From the NCBI GenBank assembly GCA_951406725.2, contig OX597830.1, positions 10,788,001 through 10,852,000 of the forward strand: 64,000 nt of DNA, read 5' to 3'. Positions 51,897-64,000 of this stretch are shown piece after piece. The position numbers and the translations under genes were made by a program. This DNA comes from Octopus vulgaris (taxonomy: Eukaryota). Within the stretch, counting starts at the first letter, position 1. Each line of letters begins with the position of its first letter. Below the pieces are notes generated by a model. The model had not been told where the DNA came from and searched no databases. It saw only the letters and a list, made by a program, of their open reading frames with translations.

Positions 51897-52545
51897 TGCA
51901 TGGCTCAGTGGTTAGAGCATCAGGCTTACAATCATGAGGTAATGAGTTCAATTCCCAGACTGAGCTGTGTGTTGCGTTCTTGAGCAAGACACTTTACTTT
52001 CACGTTGCTCCAATTCACTCAGCTGTAGAAATGAGTTGTGATATCACTGGTGCCAAGCTGTATCAGTCTTTGTGAAGGCACATGGCCTAGTGGTTAGAGC
52101 AGTGGATTCGTGGTCGAGGGATCGCGGGTTCGAATCTCAGACCGGGCGATGTGTGTGTTTTTGAGCGAAACACCTAAGCTCCACGCGACTCCGGCAGAAG
52201 GTAATGGCAAACTTCTGCTGACTCTTTCGCCACAACTTTCTCTCACTCTTTCCTCCTGCATTTTGCAGCTCACCTGCGACAGACCGGCATCCCATCCATG
52301 TGGGGAACCTATACGCCAAGGAAACCGGAAAACTGGCCTTTATGAGCCAGGCGTGGCTCGAGGAACAAACAAAAATATTATCAGTCCTTGCCTTTCATTT
52401 GGACAATATTGGTGGCAAGGATAAGGGAGGCTGGTATGCATGGGTGATTGCTGGTCTTCCACATTGCCCTGATTTGAGCCATGGAGAGGAAACTTCTAGG
52501 TACAATGCTATGGTCATCCATGACTGAAGGGGGTCTTTACCCTTT
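51897..52545 (+). mobile_element. SINE family D, interrupted by a nested SINE
   Basis: Halves at 51897-52072 and 52379-52545; TSD TATCAGTCYTTG. Confidence 0.8.
52074..52376 (+). mobile_element. tRNA SINE with V-SINE-like domain, full length
   Basis: A box TGGCCTAGTGG, B box GGTTCGAATCTC, CCTGCGACAGACCGGCATCCCATCC, (ACAA)n tail. Confidence 0.85.
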
Positions 52546-52817
52546 AGATTTATTTCACAGTTGAGCGAATCCTCATCATCATTGCTTTAATGGTCTCTTT
52601 CCCATTCTCATATCAGTCAGATGAAATTTGTTGAGACAGATTTTCTACAGCCAGATACCTTCCCTGTCACCAACCCTCACCTGTTTCCAAGTAAAGTATT
52701 TTTTCCCATGGCTAGACAAGTCTTCAAGGAAGACTGGAAACAAATAACACCGCTTGTATGATGGTGACACTTGTTTACGACTATCACACAATGTCAAGAA
52801 AAGGAGACACACACGTC

Positions 52818-53267
52818 ATCATGATCATCATCATCGTTTAACGTCCGCTTTTCATGCTAGCATGGGTTGGACAATTTGACTGAGGTCTGGCAAACCATAT
52901 GGCTGCACCAGAATCCAATCTGATCTGGCAGAGTTTCTACAGCTGGATGCCCTTCCAAACGCCAACCACTCCGAGAGTGTAGTGGGTGCTTTTACGTGCC
53001 ACCGGCACGGGGGCCAGTCAGGCGGTACTGGCAATGGCCACGCTCATAATGGTGTTTTTTTATGTGCCACCTGCACAGGAGCCAGTCATGCAGCACTGGC
53101 AATGACCTCACTTAAATGTTTTTACACGTACCACCAGCACAAGTGCCAGTAAGGCGACGCTGGTAATGATCACGTTCAAATGGTGCTTTTTATGTGCCAC
53201 CAGCACGGAAGCCAGTTAGCCACTCTGGGAATCATCATGCTTGGATGGTGCTCTTAGTGCTCCACTA

Positions 53268-53270
<3 letters not shown>
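52818..53270 (-). mobile_element. SINE family E with internal tandem modules
   Basis: (CAT)n tail; repeated GTGCTTTT..GTGCCACC..GCCAGT modules. Confidence 0.8.
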
Positions 53271-53345
<75 letters not shown>

Positions 53346-53494
53346 CTGATGTAGATCCAGTGATAATTATATCGTAAGTGTGGATGACATCAGATAGCCT
53401 AAATGGTGAAAGTGCTTTAACCAGCATACTACTAACCATATACCCAAGGTCCAAATAATTACTTAGACACACGCACACATACACACACACACAT

Positions 53495-53525
<31 letters not shown>

Positions 53526-53531
53526 CACACA

Positions 53532-53692
53532 CAACAGGCTTCTTTCAGTTTCCCTCTACCAAATCCACTCACAAGATATTAGTCAGCATAGGGTTATTGT
53601 AGGAGGTACTTGTCCAAGATGGCAGGCAGTGGGACTGAACCAAGAACCAAGTGGTTGGTAAGTCAGTGTCTTACCCACACAGCCATACCCAT
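53532..53692 (-). mobile_element. SINE family A 5' half
   Basis: Head blocks present. Confidence 0.75.
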
Positions 53693-53699
53693 GCTTATA

Positions 53700-54260
53700 C
53701 AAGTGTATGACGTAAGCAATTTTCAATATCTTGGGAAACGAAAACTGTCTTGTGATGCCTGCATTGATGCAGAAATGTCATCATATATTAGCAAGGCAAA
53801 GTGCAGCTTCTGAAAAACTGTAGGATGGAGTGTGGGATATCTCTGGCATTTGCATCAAAATTTACAATGCTCTCATCCTTCTGACACTCCCCTATGATGC
53901 TGAAATTTGGACAATGTATCAATTTCATGCCAAAAAACAAAACGAAAAAAGGTTAATCATTTTCACATGTCTTGCCTTAGGAAGTTTCTTAACATGAAGT
54001 GGCAGGATAGAATTCCAGAAAGAATGGTTCTGAAGTATGCCAATGCACCCAGTTTGTTTACCAAACTGAAGCAAATCCTGTTGTATTCTTAGGCTGGACA
54101 TGTTGTCAGAATGCTTGACACTAACCTGCCAAAAGGCAATCTTCTCTTCTGAGCTTGCAAAAAAAGCAAGCACAAAGATGGGGCACCATACAAAGGATTT
54201 AATGAGGAACAGAAAACAACCTTAAAAGACCACAAAATTAACCCAAACCCATGGTAGGAC
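53700..54260 (+). pseudogene. RTE-clade LINE reverse transcriptase C-terminal remnant
   Basis: FQYLG, IDAEMSSYISKA, KIYNA...YDAEIWT, NHFHMSCLRKFLNMKWQDRIP, GHVVRM...LPK, across frameshifts. Confidence 0.85.
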
Positions 54261-54407
54261 CCTACTTAAGACAGGATTCAATGAGTAACCCAAACCCAAT
54301 GTAGGACGCTACTTAAGACAGGATTCAATGGGAGTAAAATAGCACCAGGGGCTGCAAGGTTTTTGTATCTTTACATCTATGAAGTGGGGGCTAAAAGGGA
54401 GACCTTC

Positions 54408-55042
54408 AACCCTTTAGCATTTAAATCAGTCATAACTAGTGAAGCTATTCTACTCGTTTTGTGTTCATACCAACCAGATGTGGCCTCTCACACCTACCCA
54501 ACAATGTCCTTTTTAAAGTATACAACCACATCATCAAAATTTCAAAGCCATGAGATAACTCTTTACTCTTTTACTTGTTTCAGTCATTTGACTGCGGCCA
54601 TGCTGGAGCACCGCCTTTAATTGAGCAACTCGATCCCAGGACTTATTCTTTTGTAAACCCAGTACTTATTTTATCGGTCTCTTTTGCCGAACCGCTAAGT
54701 AACGGGGACATAAACACACCAACATCGGTTGTCAAGCAATGCTAGGGGGACAAACAGACACACAAACACACACACACATATATATATATACATATATACG
54801 ACAGGCTTCTTTCAGTTTCCATCTGCCAAATCCACTCACAAGGCTTTGGTCGGCCCGAGAGCATAGTAGAAGACACTTGCCCAAGGTGCCACGCAGTGGG
54901 ACTGAACCCGGAACCATGTGGTTGGTTAGCAAGCTACTTACCCACACAGCCACTCCTGCGCCTATAACGTTATGATTAATTAAAAACAGTGTGAATAAAT
55001 AAGCACCACATTTGACAGAGTCAATCTGAATGCTGAAGGGTT
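54408..55042 (+). mobile_element. piggyBac-like MITE split by a SINE
   Basis: TIRs AACCCTTTAGCATT / AATGCTGAAGGGTT; SINE inserted with TSD ATAAC. Confidence 0.6.
54559..54962 (-). mobile_element. SINE family A
   Basis: Full length. Confidence 0.9.
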
Positions 55043-55202
55043 GGGTCACACTCTAACAACCCTGATGTAGGTAAACATCAATGTGTGGTTTGTGACAAAT
55101 ACCTCTCCACTAGAACAGGCTTTCTCGGACAGCAAAACATATAAATGAGCCTCTTTTATTTATTCATCTCTCACTTTCTCCTTTATATACATTTTTATTT
55201 CT

Positions 55203-55451
55203 TATTGTTATATTTCGGAATGGTAATATTGCCAGTTTAGCCAATAAAAACACACACACTATATATTTGGTGTTATTTTGCTTCAGTGTTATTTATTTTT
55301 TACATTAATCTTAATCTTATTAATCTGGCCGAAATAAGATTAAGATTAATGTAAAAATAAATAACACTGAAGCAAAGTAACACCAAATATATAGTGCGTG
55401 TGTTTTTATTGGCTAAACTGGCAAAATGCACCATTCCGAAATATAACAATA
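55203..55451. repeat. Fold-back inverted repeat (about 118-bp arms)
   Basis: TATTGTTATATTTCGGAATGG...TTAATCTTATT / AATAAGATTAA...CCATTCCGAAATATAACAATA. Confidence 0.9.
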
Positions 55452-56627
55452 TCTGTTTCAACACACGACTTCACATAAAAAAATTTTGCACAACAAATAT
55501 TTAAACATATTTCTTATTTGTTCAGCAGCAAGATCTTTGTCAAATTTGATAGATGGACAGACAGACCAACAGATAAACAGATATTAATGCTTATTTTTAC
55601 ATCAAGTTATATATAAAAACAATTTAACACATATCTGGTAAGTTCACCGTCATCAGTTCACCATTTGCTTTTTCAATAAAATAGTTTTTAACTATTAGAC
55701 TTTTCTACTCTAGGCACAAGGCCTGAAATGTTTTTGTGGAGAGGGGGAGCAGTCAATTAGATCAACCCTAGTATGCAACTGGTATCTAATTTATCGAACC
55801 TGAAAGGATGAGAGGCAAAAGGGTTGTCTATCCTGTTCTTTTGACTTCATTTGTCCCTTTTTGTTTGTTTGTTCTTGTTCAATTTCATTTCTCTTTTTCA
55901 TTGTAATTTCATTGTAAATAACCCATCTGATATCATTGTAAATAATACATCCGATTTCACTGTAAAAGGTTCCATTTATGACCCCCAAATCATTGTACTG
56001 TCCCCATCTATGTTAATCCTTATGGATAATAAAGAAATAATCAACCTTGATGGAATTTGACCTCAGAACATAAAGACAGACAAAATACTGCTAAGCATTT
56101 CACCCAGCATGCTAATGAGGCTGCCAGCTCGCTGCCTTGTAGTTTTAAACTATTAATGTTGAGATAGTATGGATATATTTTCTCAATAAGCTTCCCTCAT
56201 GGTGAACTTTCTTGTCAGTGAATTGATGGCAGCGAATGTACCTGTAATCAATTTTACATGCCATACACATGTAACCCCCTTCCCCACACACACACACAGG
56301 TACATATATACCCCTCCTCTATACGCACATATATTACCATTAGTTAGACCAATGCTCCATAACTTTTTATTGTTTAGAACACCCTTCCATCAAACGGTGT
56401 TTTGCAAATGCTTCCCTTCCAATGTTTAACAAGCAGAAAATAAAAACCACAGGGTTCATTGGACACAGTGTGAGGCGACTGTCGTCGCCGTTATGCCTAA
56501 ATCGTTGTAAAGTAAATACCACCATGGGTGATATCCAAACTACAGTGGAAAAGGGAAGCCACTGGATTAGGTTAAAAAGAGACAGTGATCAACGGCTGTT
56601 GAGTCAAACCTAATAATCAGCTGATCT

Positions 56628-56857
56628 TATTTCTATACTACACACAGGGGGCTAAACACAGAGAGGACAAACAAGGACAGACAAATGGATTAAGTTGATT
56701 ATATCGACCCCAGTGCATAACTGGTACTTATTTAAGCCCCGAAAGGATGAAAGGCAAAGTTGACCTCGGCAGAATTTGAACTCAGCACATAGTGGCAGAC
56801 GAAATACCACTAAGCATTTCGCCCGGCGTGCTAACGTTTCTGCCAGCTCGCTGCCTT
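56628..56857 (-). mobile_element. SINE family B with long TSD
   Basis: Flanked by AAAYCTAATAAYCAGCTGATCT (56606-56627 and 56859-56880). Confidence 0.9.
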
Positions 56858-57359
56858 TAAATCTAATAACCAGCTGATCTAGCAAGTGGGACCTCATTTC
56901 AACAAGGGCAGATGGGGGGGACCAGTGCACGGTGATGTCATTAACAGGTAGGCCTCAAAGCAGTGCGCGTTCTCTCCTGATGACTCCATAGTCTTGCTAG
57001 CATCCAGTTTGTGCATCTTTCAACAGGTAGCACTTGCAAGCTGCTTGCAAAAAAATCAGTCAAACAGAAATTAATGTTGTGCAATGGTTTCAAGTTGTTC
57101 CACTGTACAGTACTTAAGCAAGTATCTTCTACTACAGCCCTGGGTATTGTGTTTGTTTTCAGTATTTTGCAATTATATCGTGGAAGACATAATAAGACAG
57201 TCATTCAGAAACAGATGAAGACCATTAATTTCCCTTAAACATTTATTTGTAATTATGTGTCAGAAACTTCATCCCTCAAAGCTGCAACGTGTTCGCTGAC
57301 AAAAAAAGATGCAGCACCATTTGTCAGTGAAATGGTCGCAGTTGCAAATTACAAATAAG

Positions 57360-58165
57360 CACAGGCATGTCTGTGCGGTAAGCTGTTTGCTTCCCAACCA
57401 CATGGTTCCAGGTTCAGTCCCATTGCATGGCTCTCTGGGGAAGTGTCTTCTACTATAGCCTAAAGCCAACCAAAGCTTTCTGAGTGGATTTGGTAGACTG
57501 AAACTGAAAGAAGCCCATCGTGTGTGTGTGTGTATGTATATATGTATGTGTTGTAAAGTGGGTTCCTCCCACTGGTGTGATAACTGCTGTTGTACTGTAA
57601 TAGCTGTTTTATGTTAGTAACCACAATAGTTACCATTGTATCTCTGTATTAGAATAGTAATACACTAACTTCTGTCTTACTATCACTGATAGCTCCACAA
57701 GACACCGACTAGAACTGTCAACCCTCTGTGCTTCAACTCTCGACCCTCTCTTGACAACCAGCTATTGGCATATTTATAATGGCTAGTTCCAACCACTTTT
57801 TACCAGGAGGTATATACAATTTCACTATACAACAGTATGTATGTATGCATGTATGCATGTATGTATGTATGCATGTATGTGTGTGTGTGTGTATGTATGA
57901 ATGTATGTATGTATGAATGCATGTACATATGTATGTATGTGTCTTTGTGTCTGTCTTTGTCTCCCACCACCACTTGACAACCGGTGTTGCTGTGTTTACA
58001 ACCCCCTGACTGAGTAGTTCAGCAAAAAGAGCCAGATAGAATAAGTACCAGGTTTAAAATAAAAATAAGGACTGGAGTCAATTCGTTTGATGAAAATTTT
58101 TCAAAGCGGTGCCCCAGGATGGCCACAGTCTAATAACTGAAGCAAGTAAAAAAATAAAAGATAAA
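57360..58165 (+). mobile_element. SINE family A (old), hosting a solo LTR
   Basis: Head 57360-57520; 3' half 57940-58165. Confidence 0.8.
57549..57834. mobile_element. Solo LTR (286 bp)
   Basis: TGTTGTA...TACAACA termini; 5-bp TSD GTATG; TATAAATA on the minus strand near 57771. Confidence 0.75.
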
Positions 58166-58249
58166 ATACTTAAGTGAAGCAGACAGAGGTTTTGTGTTTC
58201 TGAATTGCTAACCTATGTCTTCCACACTGTAACTGCTTTAGCTTCAGCA

Positions 58250-58489
58250 CAAAATCTCAGATCAAAATGCTTGAATCACAGAAATAATATACTTGAATCA
58301 CAGAATAAAAATACTTGAATCTCAGATCAAAATACTTGAATCACAGAAATGAAATACTTGAATCACAGCAATAAAATACTTGAATCTTAGATCAAAATAC
58401 TTGAATCATGGAAATAGAATACTAGAATCTCAGATCAAAATACTTGAATCACACAAATAAAATACTTGAATCTTAGATCAAAATACTTG
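58250..58489. repeat. About 21-bp minisatellite (AAAATACTTGAATCWCAGA..)
   Basis: About 11 units, largely alternating two variants. Confidence 0.9.
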
Positions 58490-58504
58490 CTATGCAAGTA
58501 AATA

Positions 58505-58707
58505 CTCTCTTTTACTCGTTTCAGTCATTTGACTGCAGCCATGCTGGAGCACTGCCTTTTAGTCGAACAAATCAACCCCGGGACTTATTCTTTGTAAGCC
58601 CAGTACTTATTCTATTGGTCTCTTCTGCCGAACCGCTAAGTGACGGGGACATAAACACACCAGCATCGGTTGTCAAGCAATGCTAGGGGGACAAACACAA
58701 ACACACA

Positions 58708-58753
<46 letters not shown>

Positions 58754-58918
58754 TACGACAGGCTTCTTTCAGTTTCTGTCTGCCAAATCCACTCACAAGG
58801 CATTGGTCGGCCCGGGGCTATAGCAGAAGACACTTGCCCAAGATGCCACACAGTGGGAATGAACCCGGAACCATGTGGTTGGTTAGCAAGCTACTTACCA
58901 CGCAGCCACTCCTGCGCC
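58505..58918 (-). mobile_element. SINE family A
   Basis: Full length. Confidence 0.9.
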
Positions 58919-59520
58919 TGCACTCTATGATTCAAGCATTTTATTTTTGCAACAAAATTCCCACCACGTCTAAATAAAGTGTTCCCCTCATACCATTCCC
59001 TTTCACATTTGCTGCCCTTGTCACTTTATAACACCCCTCATATCACCATCACCACCCCTCATATCACCATCACCACCCCTCATATCACCATCACCACCCA
59101 GATTCGTGTTATCATCTAATTAAGAACCACCGTGCCAGATTAACTAGTGTCAAGTATATTCTCATTGATAAAAGGGGCCACAGGTTGTTATGCATCAATT
59201 AACTACAATCACAAGGGATCGGAAAAGGTGACAGATTAAGGGGTTGTTATTTATTTGTTTATTTGTTTATTTTATCTTATTTTTCTTCTTTTATTTGTGT
59301 CAGTGCTGGAGCAACGCCTTAAAGAATTGTATGTAGTTGAATGAATAGACTCTAGAACTTATATATTTTTTTTAAAGCCTGGTATTTATTTTATCAGTCC
59401 CCTTAGCCAAACCACTAAGTTATAGGGATATAAGTGTATCAGCAATGGTTGCCAAACAGTGGTGAGAAAGAAACAAAGTCACACACACACACACACACTA
59501 TGTATATATGTATGTATATA

Positions 59521-59725
59521 TACAAGAGCTTGCTGAAAATTCCTGGCTTTAAGGTGTTTGTGAAAGGCAAGGGTTGGAGGCCTAAAGTTCCGAGTTCGTT
59601 TACAGGGCTTAGAAAAACTGAAGGACCGCCTGCAATAGGCATGTGAATCTGAGAGGGAACCATAATTATCTGATACTCCTGTATTTCTTTTAACACAAAA
59701 CCAAAACCCTTTCGGCCCCCCCTTG

Positions 59726-59727
<2 letters not shown>
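59521..59727. mobile_element. Mariner-like MITE or deletion derivative
   Basis: TA-CAAGAGCTTGCTGAAAATTCCTGGCTTT ... AAAACCCTTTCGGCCCCCCCTTG-TA. Confidence 0.55.
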
Positions 59728-59756
<29 letters not shown>

Positions 59757-60316
59757 CGGTGACACGTAAAAGCACCATCTGTTTGTGGCCGTTTGCCAGC
59801 CCTGTCTGGCCCCCATGTCGGTGACATGCAAAAGCACCATCCGTTTGTGTCCGTTTGCCAGCCCTGTCTGGCCCCCATGTCGGTGACATGTAAAAGCACC
59901 ATTCGTTCGTGTCCGTTGCCAGCCTCGCCTGGCCCCCGTGCCGGTGACACGTAAAAGCACCATCCGTTCGTGGCCATTTGCCAGCCCTGTCTGGCCCCCG
60001 TGTCAGCGGCATGTAAAAGCACCATCCGTTCGTGCCCGTTGCCAGCCTCGCCTAGCCCCCGTGCCGGTGACACGTAAAAGCACCATCCGTTTCGTGGCCG
60101 TTTGCCAGCCCTGTCTGGCCCCCGTGTCGGTGGCATGTAAAAGCACCATCCGTTCGTGTCCGTTGCCAGCCTCGCCTGGCCCCGTGCCGGTGACACGTAA
60201 AAGCACCATCCGTTCATGGCCGTTTGCCAGCTCTGTCTGGCACCTGTGCAGGTGGCACGTAAAAAGCACCCACTACACTCACGGAGTGGTTGGCGTTAGG
60301 AAGGGCATCCAGCCAT
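59757..60316 (+). repeat. GC-rich 59-62-bp minisatellite amplified inside SINE family E
   Basis: Eight units of CGGTGACACGTAAAAGCACCATCCGTTCGTG..CGTTTGCCAGCC..TGGCCCCCGTG, followed by the SINE E core. Confidence 0.9.
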
Positions 60317-60529
60317 AGAATAGGCATGTGAATCTGAGAGGGAACCATAATTATCTGATCCTCCTATATTGCTTTTTACACAAAACCAAAACCCTTTTCG
60401 TACCTTGTATGTATGTGTATATATATATATATATATCTACATATATATATATACATATATACATATATACATATATATACCTATATATATATACATATAT
60501 ATGTGTAAAGGTAAAATTTGTATACATAC

Positions 60530-60808
60530 AGATGCCAGCGCTGCCTGACTGGCGTCCGTGTCGGTGACACGTAAAAGCACCATCCGACCATGGCCGTTTG
60601 CCAGCCTCGTCTGGCCCCTGTGCCGGTGGCAAGTAAAAAGCACCCACTACACTCACGGAGTGGTTAGCATGAGGAAGAGCATCCAGCTGTAGAAACACTG
60701 CCAGATCAGACTGGAGCCTGGTGCAGCCTCCTGGTTTCCCAGACCCCGGTCGAACTGTCCAACCCATGCTAACATGGAAAACGAACATTAAACGATGATG
60801 ATGATGAT
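60530..60808 (+). mobile_element. SINE family E
   Basis: Core and (GAT)n tail. Confidence 0.8.
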
Positions 60809-60921
60809 ACATATATGTGTATATATATGTGCAAAGGTAGAATTTGTATGTGATCGCATATGTACCGTTGGCAATTTTTTTTTCCTCTGTCTTCCCTTCT
60901 TTGGATCTTTCCTTCTCCTAT

Positions 60922-60956
60922 GTTTCTGATGAAGAGCTCCACTCGAAACGTTAAAC
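60922..60956 (+). ncRNA. Minimal type I hammerhead ribozyme (family P2)
   Basis: GTTT-CTGATGA-A-GAG-CTCCA-CTC-GAAAC-GT-T-AAAC. Confidence 0.7.
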
Positions 60957-61101
60957 CCTCCTTCTTTCCTTCTTTCCTGAGCGTCCAATAATACTATATT
61001 TGTTTCCATGTCCTCGTGTTGTGTTTTCTCTTTGTGTTTTCATGTTTGGATTAACTATATATATATATACATATAATTATATGGATACATACATACATAC
61101 A

Positions 61102-61134
<33 letters not shown>

Positions 61135-61145
61135 ATATACATACA

Positions 61146-61187
<42 letters not shown>

Positions 61188-61312
61188 CATGCATATATAT
61201 ATATATATATATATGATGTACTGATCCATGATAGAAAATTCAACAAAAAAAAGTACTCCATCTGGTGAGAGATGAATATTATTTATTTAAAGGACACAAT
61301 GCATGTCTTTAA

Positions 61313-61365
61313 GTGCTACTAATAGTTTCATATGTTGAGAGAACTCAAACATGTTCTTCAGGTGC
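61313..61365 (-). ncRNA. Type I hammerhead in an old fold-back element
   Basis: RC: GCAC-CTGAAGA-ACATG...CATAT-GAAAC-TATTA-GT-A-GCAC (stem I probably a CpG-decayed GCGC/GCGC); the inverted arm at about 61400-61492 lacks the CTGA core. Confidence 0.6.
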
Positions 61366-61630
61366 AAACCACATATCATAACGAAGTAAAGAAAATGACT
61401 TTAGTTCGTTATGATATGTGGCTTCTGTTTGAGTTTTCTCAACTTATGAAACGATTAGTAGTGCTTTAATACATGTACTGTGACATTTAAACATATATAT
61501 ATAGATAGATACATAGATAGATAGATAGATATATAATAATAATAATTTGAGAATATTATTCCAAACATACAGGGAAAAATTCAATTTAGAAATACTAAAT
61601 CAAATTTCACAAAATATAATATATATATCT

Positions 61631-61829
61631 AAATATAAATTAGAAAAAAACCACCTTTTATCAATTCAAAATGAAAAATTAAATTACACCATCTAGAAAA
61701 TTACATATAATAGAAATCGGTATATTTTTTATATTACATTTAATATTTCTATTATATGTAATTTTCTAGATGGTGTAAATTAATTTTTCATTTTGAATTG
61801 ATCAAAGGTGGGTTTTTCTAATTTATATT

Positions 61830-61830
<1 letters not shown>
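61631..61830. repeat. Fold-back inverted repeat (about 87-bp arms)
   Basis: 61631-61717 vs 61745-61830, next to (TA)n. Confidence 0.9.
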
Positions 61831-61871
<41 letters not shown>

Positions 61872-62354
61872 CACATACATATACACACATACAATTCTCT
61901 GACCTATTATCAATGAGTTTCCAACCATGCCTATCCTATCATTTTAATAGGCCTGGCCGTGTAGCTGAATCCCAGACACATGGTTTGGGTTCCAGTCCAT
62001 CCTTTTTTTTTGTGGTAGCTTGGGCAAGTTTCTTCAACTATAGTTTCAGGCCAACCAAGACTTTGTGCATAGACTTGGCAGACAGAAATATGTATGTGTG
62101 TGTGTGTGAGTGTGTATGTGTGTGTTGGAATCTTTTCACGGCAGTATGTGGAGGATGTAAAAGCATTGTCACCATCATCTAAGCAGTGCGAGTCATTTCC
62201 AGTCTTCTGGGTAAACATGTCCAGTCAGTGATGGGGGGGGGGGGGCCGGAATATATATTTTTAGTTGCAAAACAGGTGAGGGTTGGAGACAGGGATCTTG
62301 TCTGACCATGTTGCAAGCAGGGAAAAGTGGATGTTAAAATGATGACAACAAAGA

Positions 62355-62720
62355 TGATGATGGTGATGATGATGGGTAGTAGTAGTGGTGGTGGTGGTGG
62401 TGGTGGTGAGTGACAATGATGGGACAGCTATGGTGAGGGCAGTGAGTATGAATGGATAATAATGGTGGGGGTAGTGGTAGTGGTGTGGCGGTGGTGGTGG
62501 TGGTGGTGATGGTGGTGGTGGTGTGGTGGTGGTGGTGATGTGGCGGCGGTGGTGGTGTGGCGGCGGTGGTGGTGTGGCGGTGGTGGTGGTGTGACGGTGG
62601 TGGTGTGGCGGTGGTGATATGGCAGTGGTGCTGGTGGTGGTGGTGGTGTGGCGGCGGTAGTGGTGTTGCGGTAGTGGTATGGCAGTGGTGCTGGTGGTGG
62701 TGATGGAAGTGGAAGTGATG
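62355..62720. repeat. (GGT/GGC)n tract
   Basis: Seen directly. Confidence 0.9.
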
Positions 62721-63189
62721 TAGATGTAGTTATTCAAGGCCGTTAATGAGAAATCGTTAAGGAACATATATGTATGTATGTATGTGTGTGAGTGTGGATG
62801 GATGGATGCATGCATAAATGTATGTATGTAAATATGTGTGTGTGTGTATATATTTGTGTGCATGTATGCATGTGTGTGTATGTATGCATGTATGTGTGTG
62901 CATGAGTATACATGTGTGTGTATTTGTGTGCATGTGCATGCGTGTGTATGTATGTATGGTGAATCATGTATGTGAATATGTATATGTGAATGAGCATGTG
63001 TGTGTATAAGTATAAATATATGTGCTTATATGTATGTATGTATGTGTGTGTTTATATGTGTTCATGTGTATATGTGTGTATATGGCAGCATGCGTTTACA
63101 TGTACATGTATTTGTGTGGATATATGCATGATTTTATGTGTGTGTGTGTGTCTGAGTGTTGTGACACTTTGCTAGTTTGTACTTTGTCA

Positions 63190-63420
63190 AACTACCACCA
63201 CTACTACTACCAGTCACCACTGCTACCACCACCACTACCACCATCACTGCCACCACCACCCACCTCACCATCACTATCACTACCTTTACCACCGCCACTT
63301 TCAGCACCATCACCACTACCACCACCACCACATCACTACCATCATCACCACCACACCACACAACCATCACCACCTCCACCTTCACCACAACCACCACTAC
63401 CACCATCACCATCGCCAACA
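63190..63420. repeat. (ACC/ATC)n tract
   Basis: Seen directly. Confidence 0.9.
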
Positions 63421-64000
63421 CTGTTGTCTCCCCCGCCCCACCCTGCATCACCTGACTTCCTGACAATATACCTTCTTAATTAATAGTAAACTTACATGAG
63501 GAGCAGGAGGGAGAGACGAAGAGGAGGAGGTAGAGGCAGAAGAAAGTGGTGATGGTCATGGTGGGAGGTGGGGGAGGTCAATACTTGTAACAATGAATGA
63601 CACTACAAGTAGTCCATGTCCAAACAGACACACAGACAGACATGCCAGGACAGACAGACAGAGACAGCCTAAGACATAACTGTATTGTTGTTGATGTTAT
63701 TGTTATCCTAGTATTGTCCAGAGGTTATTGTCCGAGTAGCCGGTGGAGAGATTGTTGTTCTTGTTGTTGTTAATTAAAAACAATAGCTAATAATATAATG
63801 ACTAATTACATGTACATACATTATATATACATGTATGTATATGTATATATATATGTGTGTGTGTGTGTACACATATATGTGTATATATATATGTGTGTGT
63901 GTACATATATATATACACACACACGCATACATACACACACACATATATACTTACATATATATATATACACACATATACATAAATATACTTATATATATAT

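Noticed and set aside
55368-55451. CTGAAGC...CCATTCC-GAAA-TAT-A as an HHR
   Set aside because: The core is not CTGANGA and there is no 5' stem II partner in the same arm; at most a 3' half.
59757-60240. CRISPR-like regular repeats
   Set aside because: Whole units are repeated with no unique spacers; SINE-derived, eukaryotic context, no cas genes.
62355-63420. Complementary (GGT)n and (ACC)n tracts as a designed hairpin
   Set aside because: Such repeats are common in this window and no unit-level mirror symmetry was seen.

Overview
Eukaryotic, AT-rich, repeat-saturated genomic DNA. The SINE families and extreme (TA)n/(CA)n/(TAA)n microsatellite load suggest an octopus or other coleoid cephalopod (inference). 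Nearly all ORFs in the track are microsatellite or SINE translation artefacts. Recognisable content: dozens of tRNA-derived SINEs from about 5 families, a full-length decayed Tc1 transposon (40448-41702), four non-autonomous Helitrons, a Helentron-like element, hAT, piggyBac-like and mariner-like MITEs, a solo LTR, RTE and CR1-like LINE remnants, and one plausible minus-strand host exon with a start codon (13454-13650). The main unexplained signal is a dense population of type I hammerhead ribozyme (HHR) motifs: about 17 intact, variant or decayed copies from several families, almost all in short non-coding elements at (TA)n tracts. The best example is 5703-8408, a 534/535-bp HHR-bearing unit in tandem (retrozyme or Penelope pLTR-like) folded back into a palindrome with 1041-bp arms, so ribozymes sit on both strands. 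Smaller fold-backs at 4.3-4.6, 21.8-22.4 and 61.3-61.5 kb have the same polarity. All ribozyme calls come from manual motif and stem reading, not computed folding.
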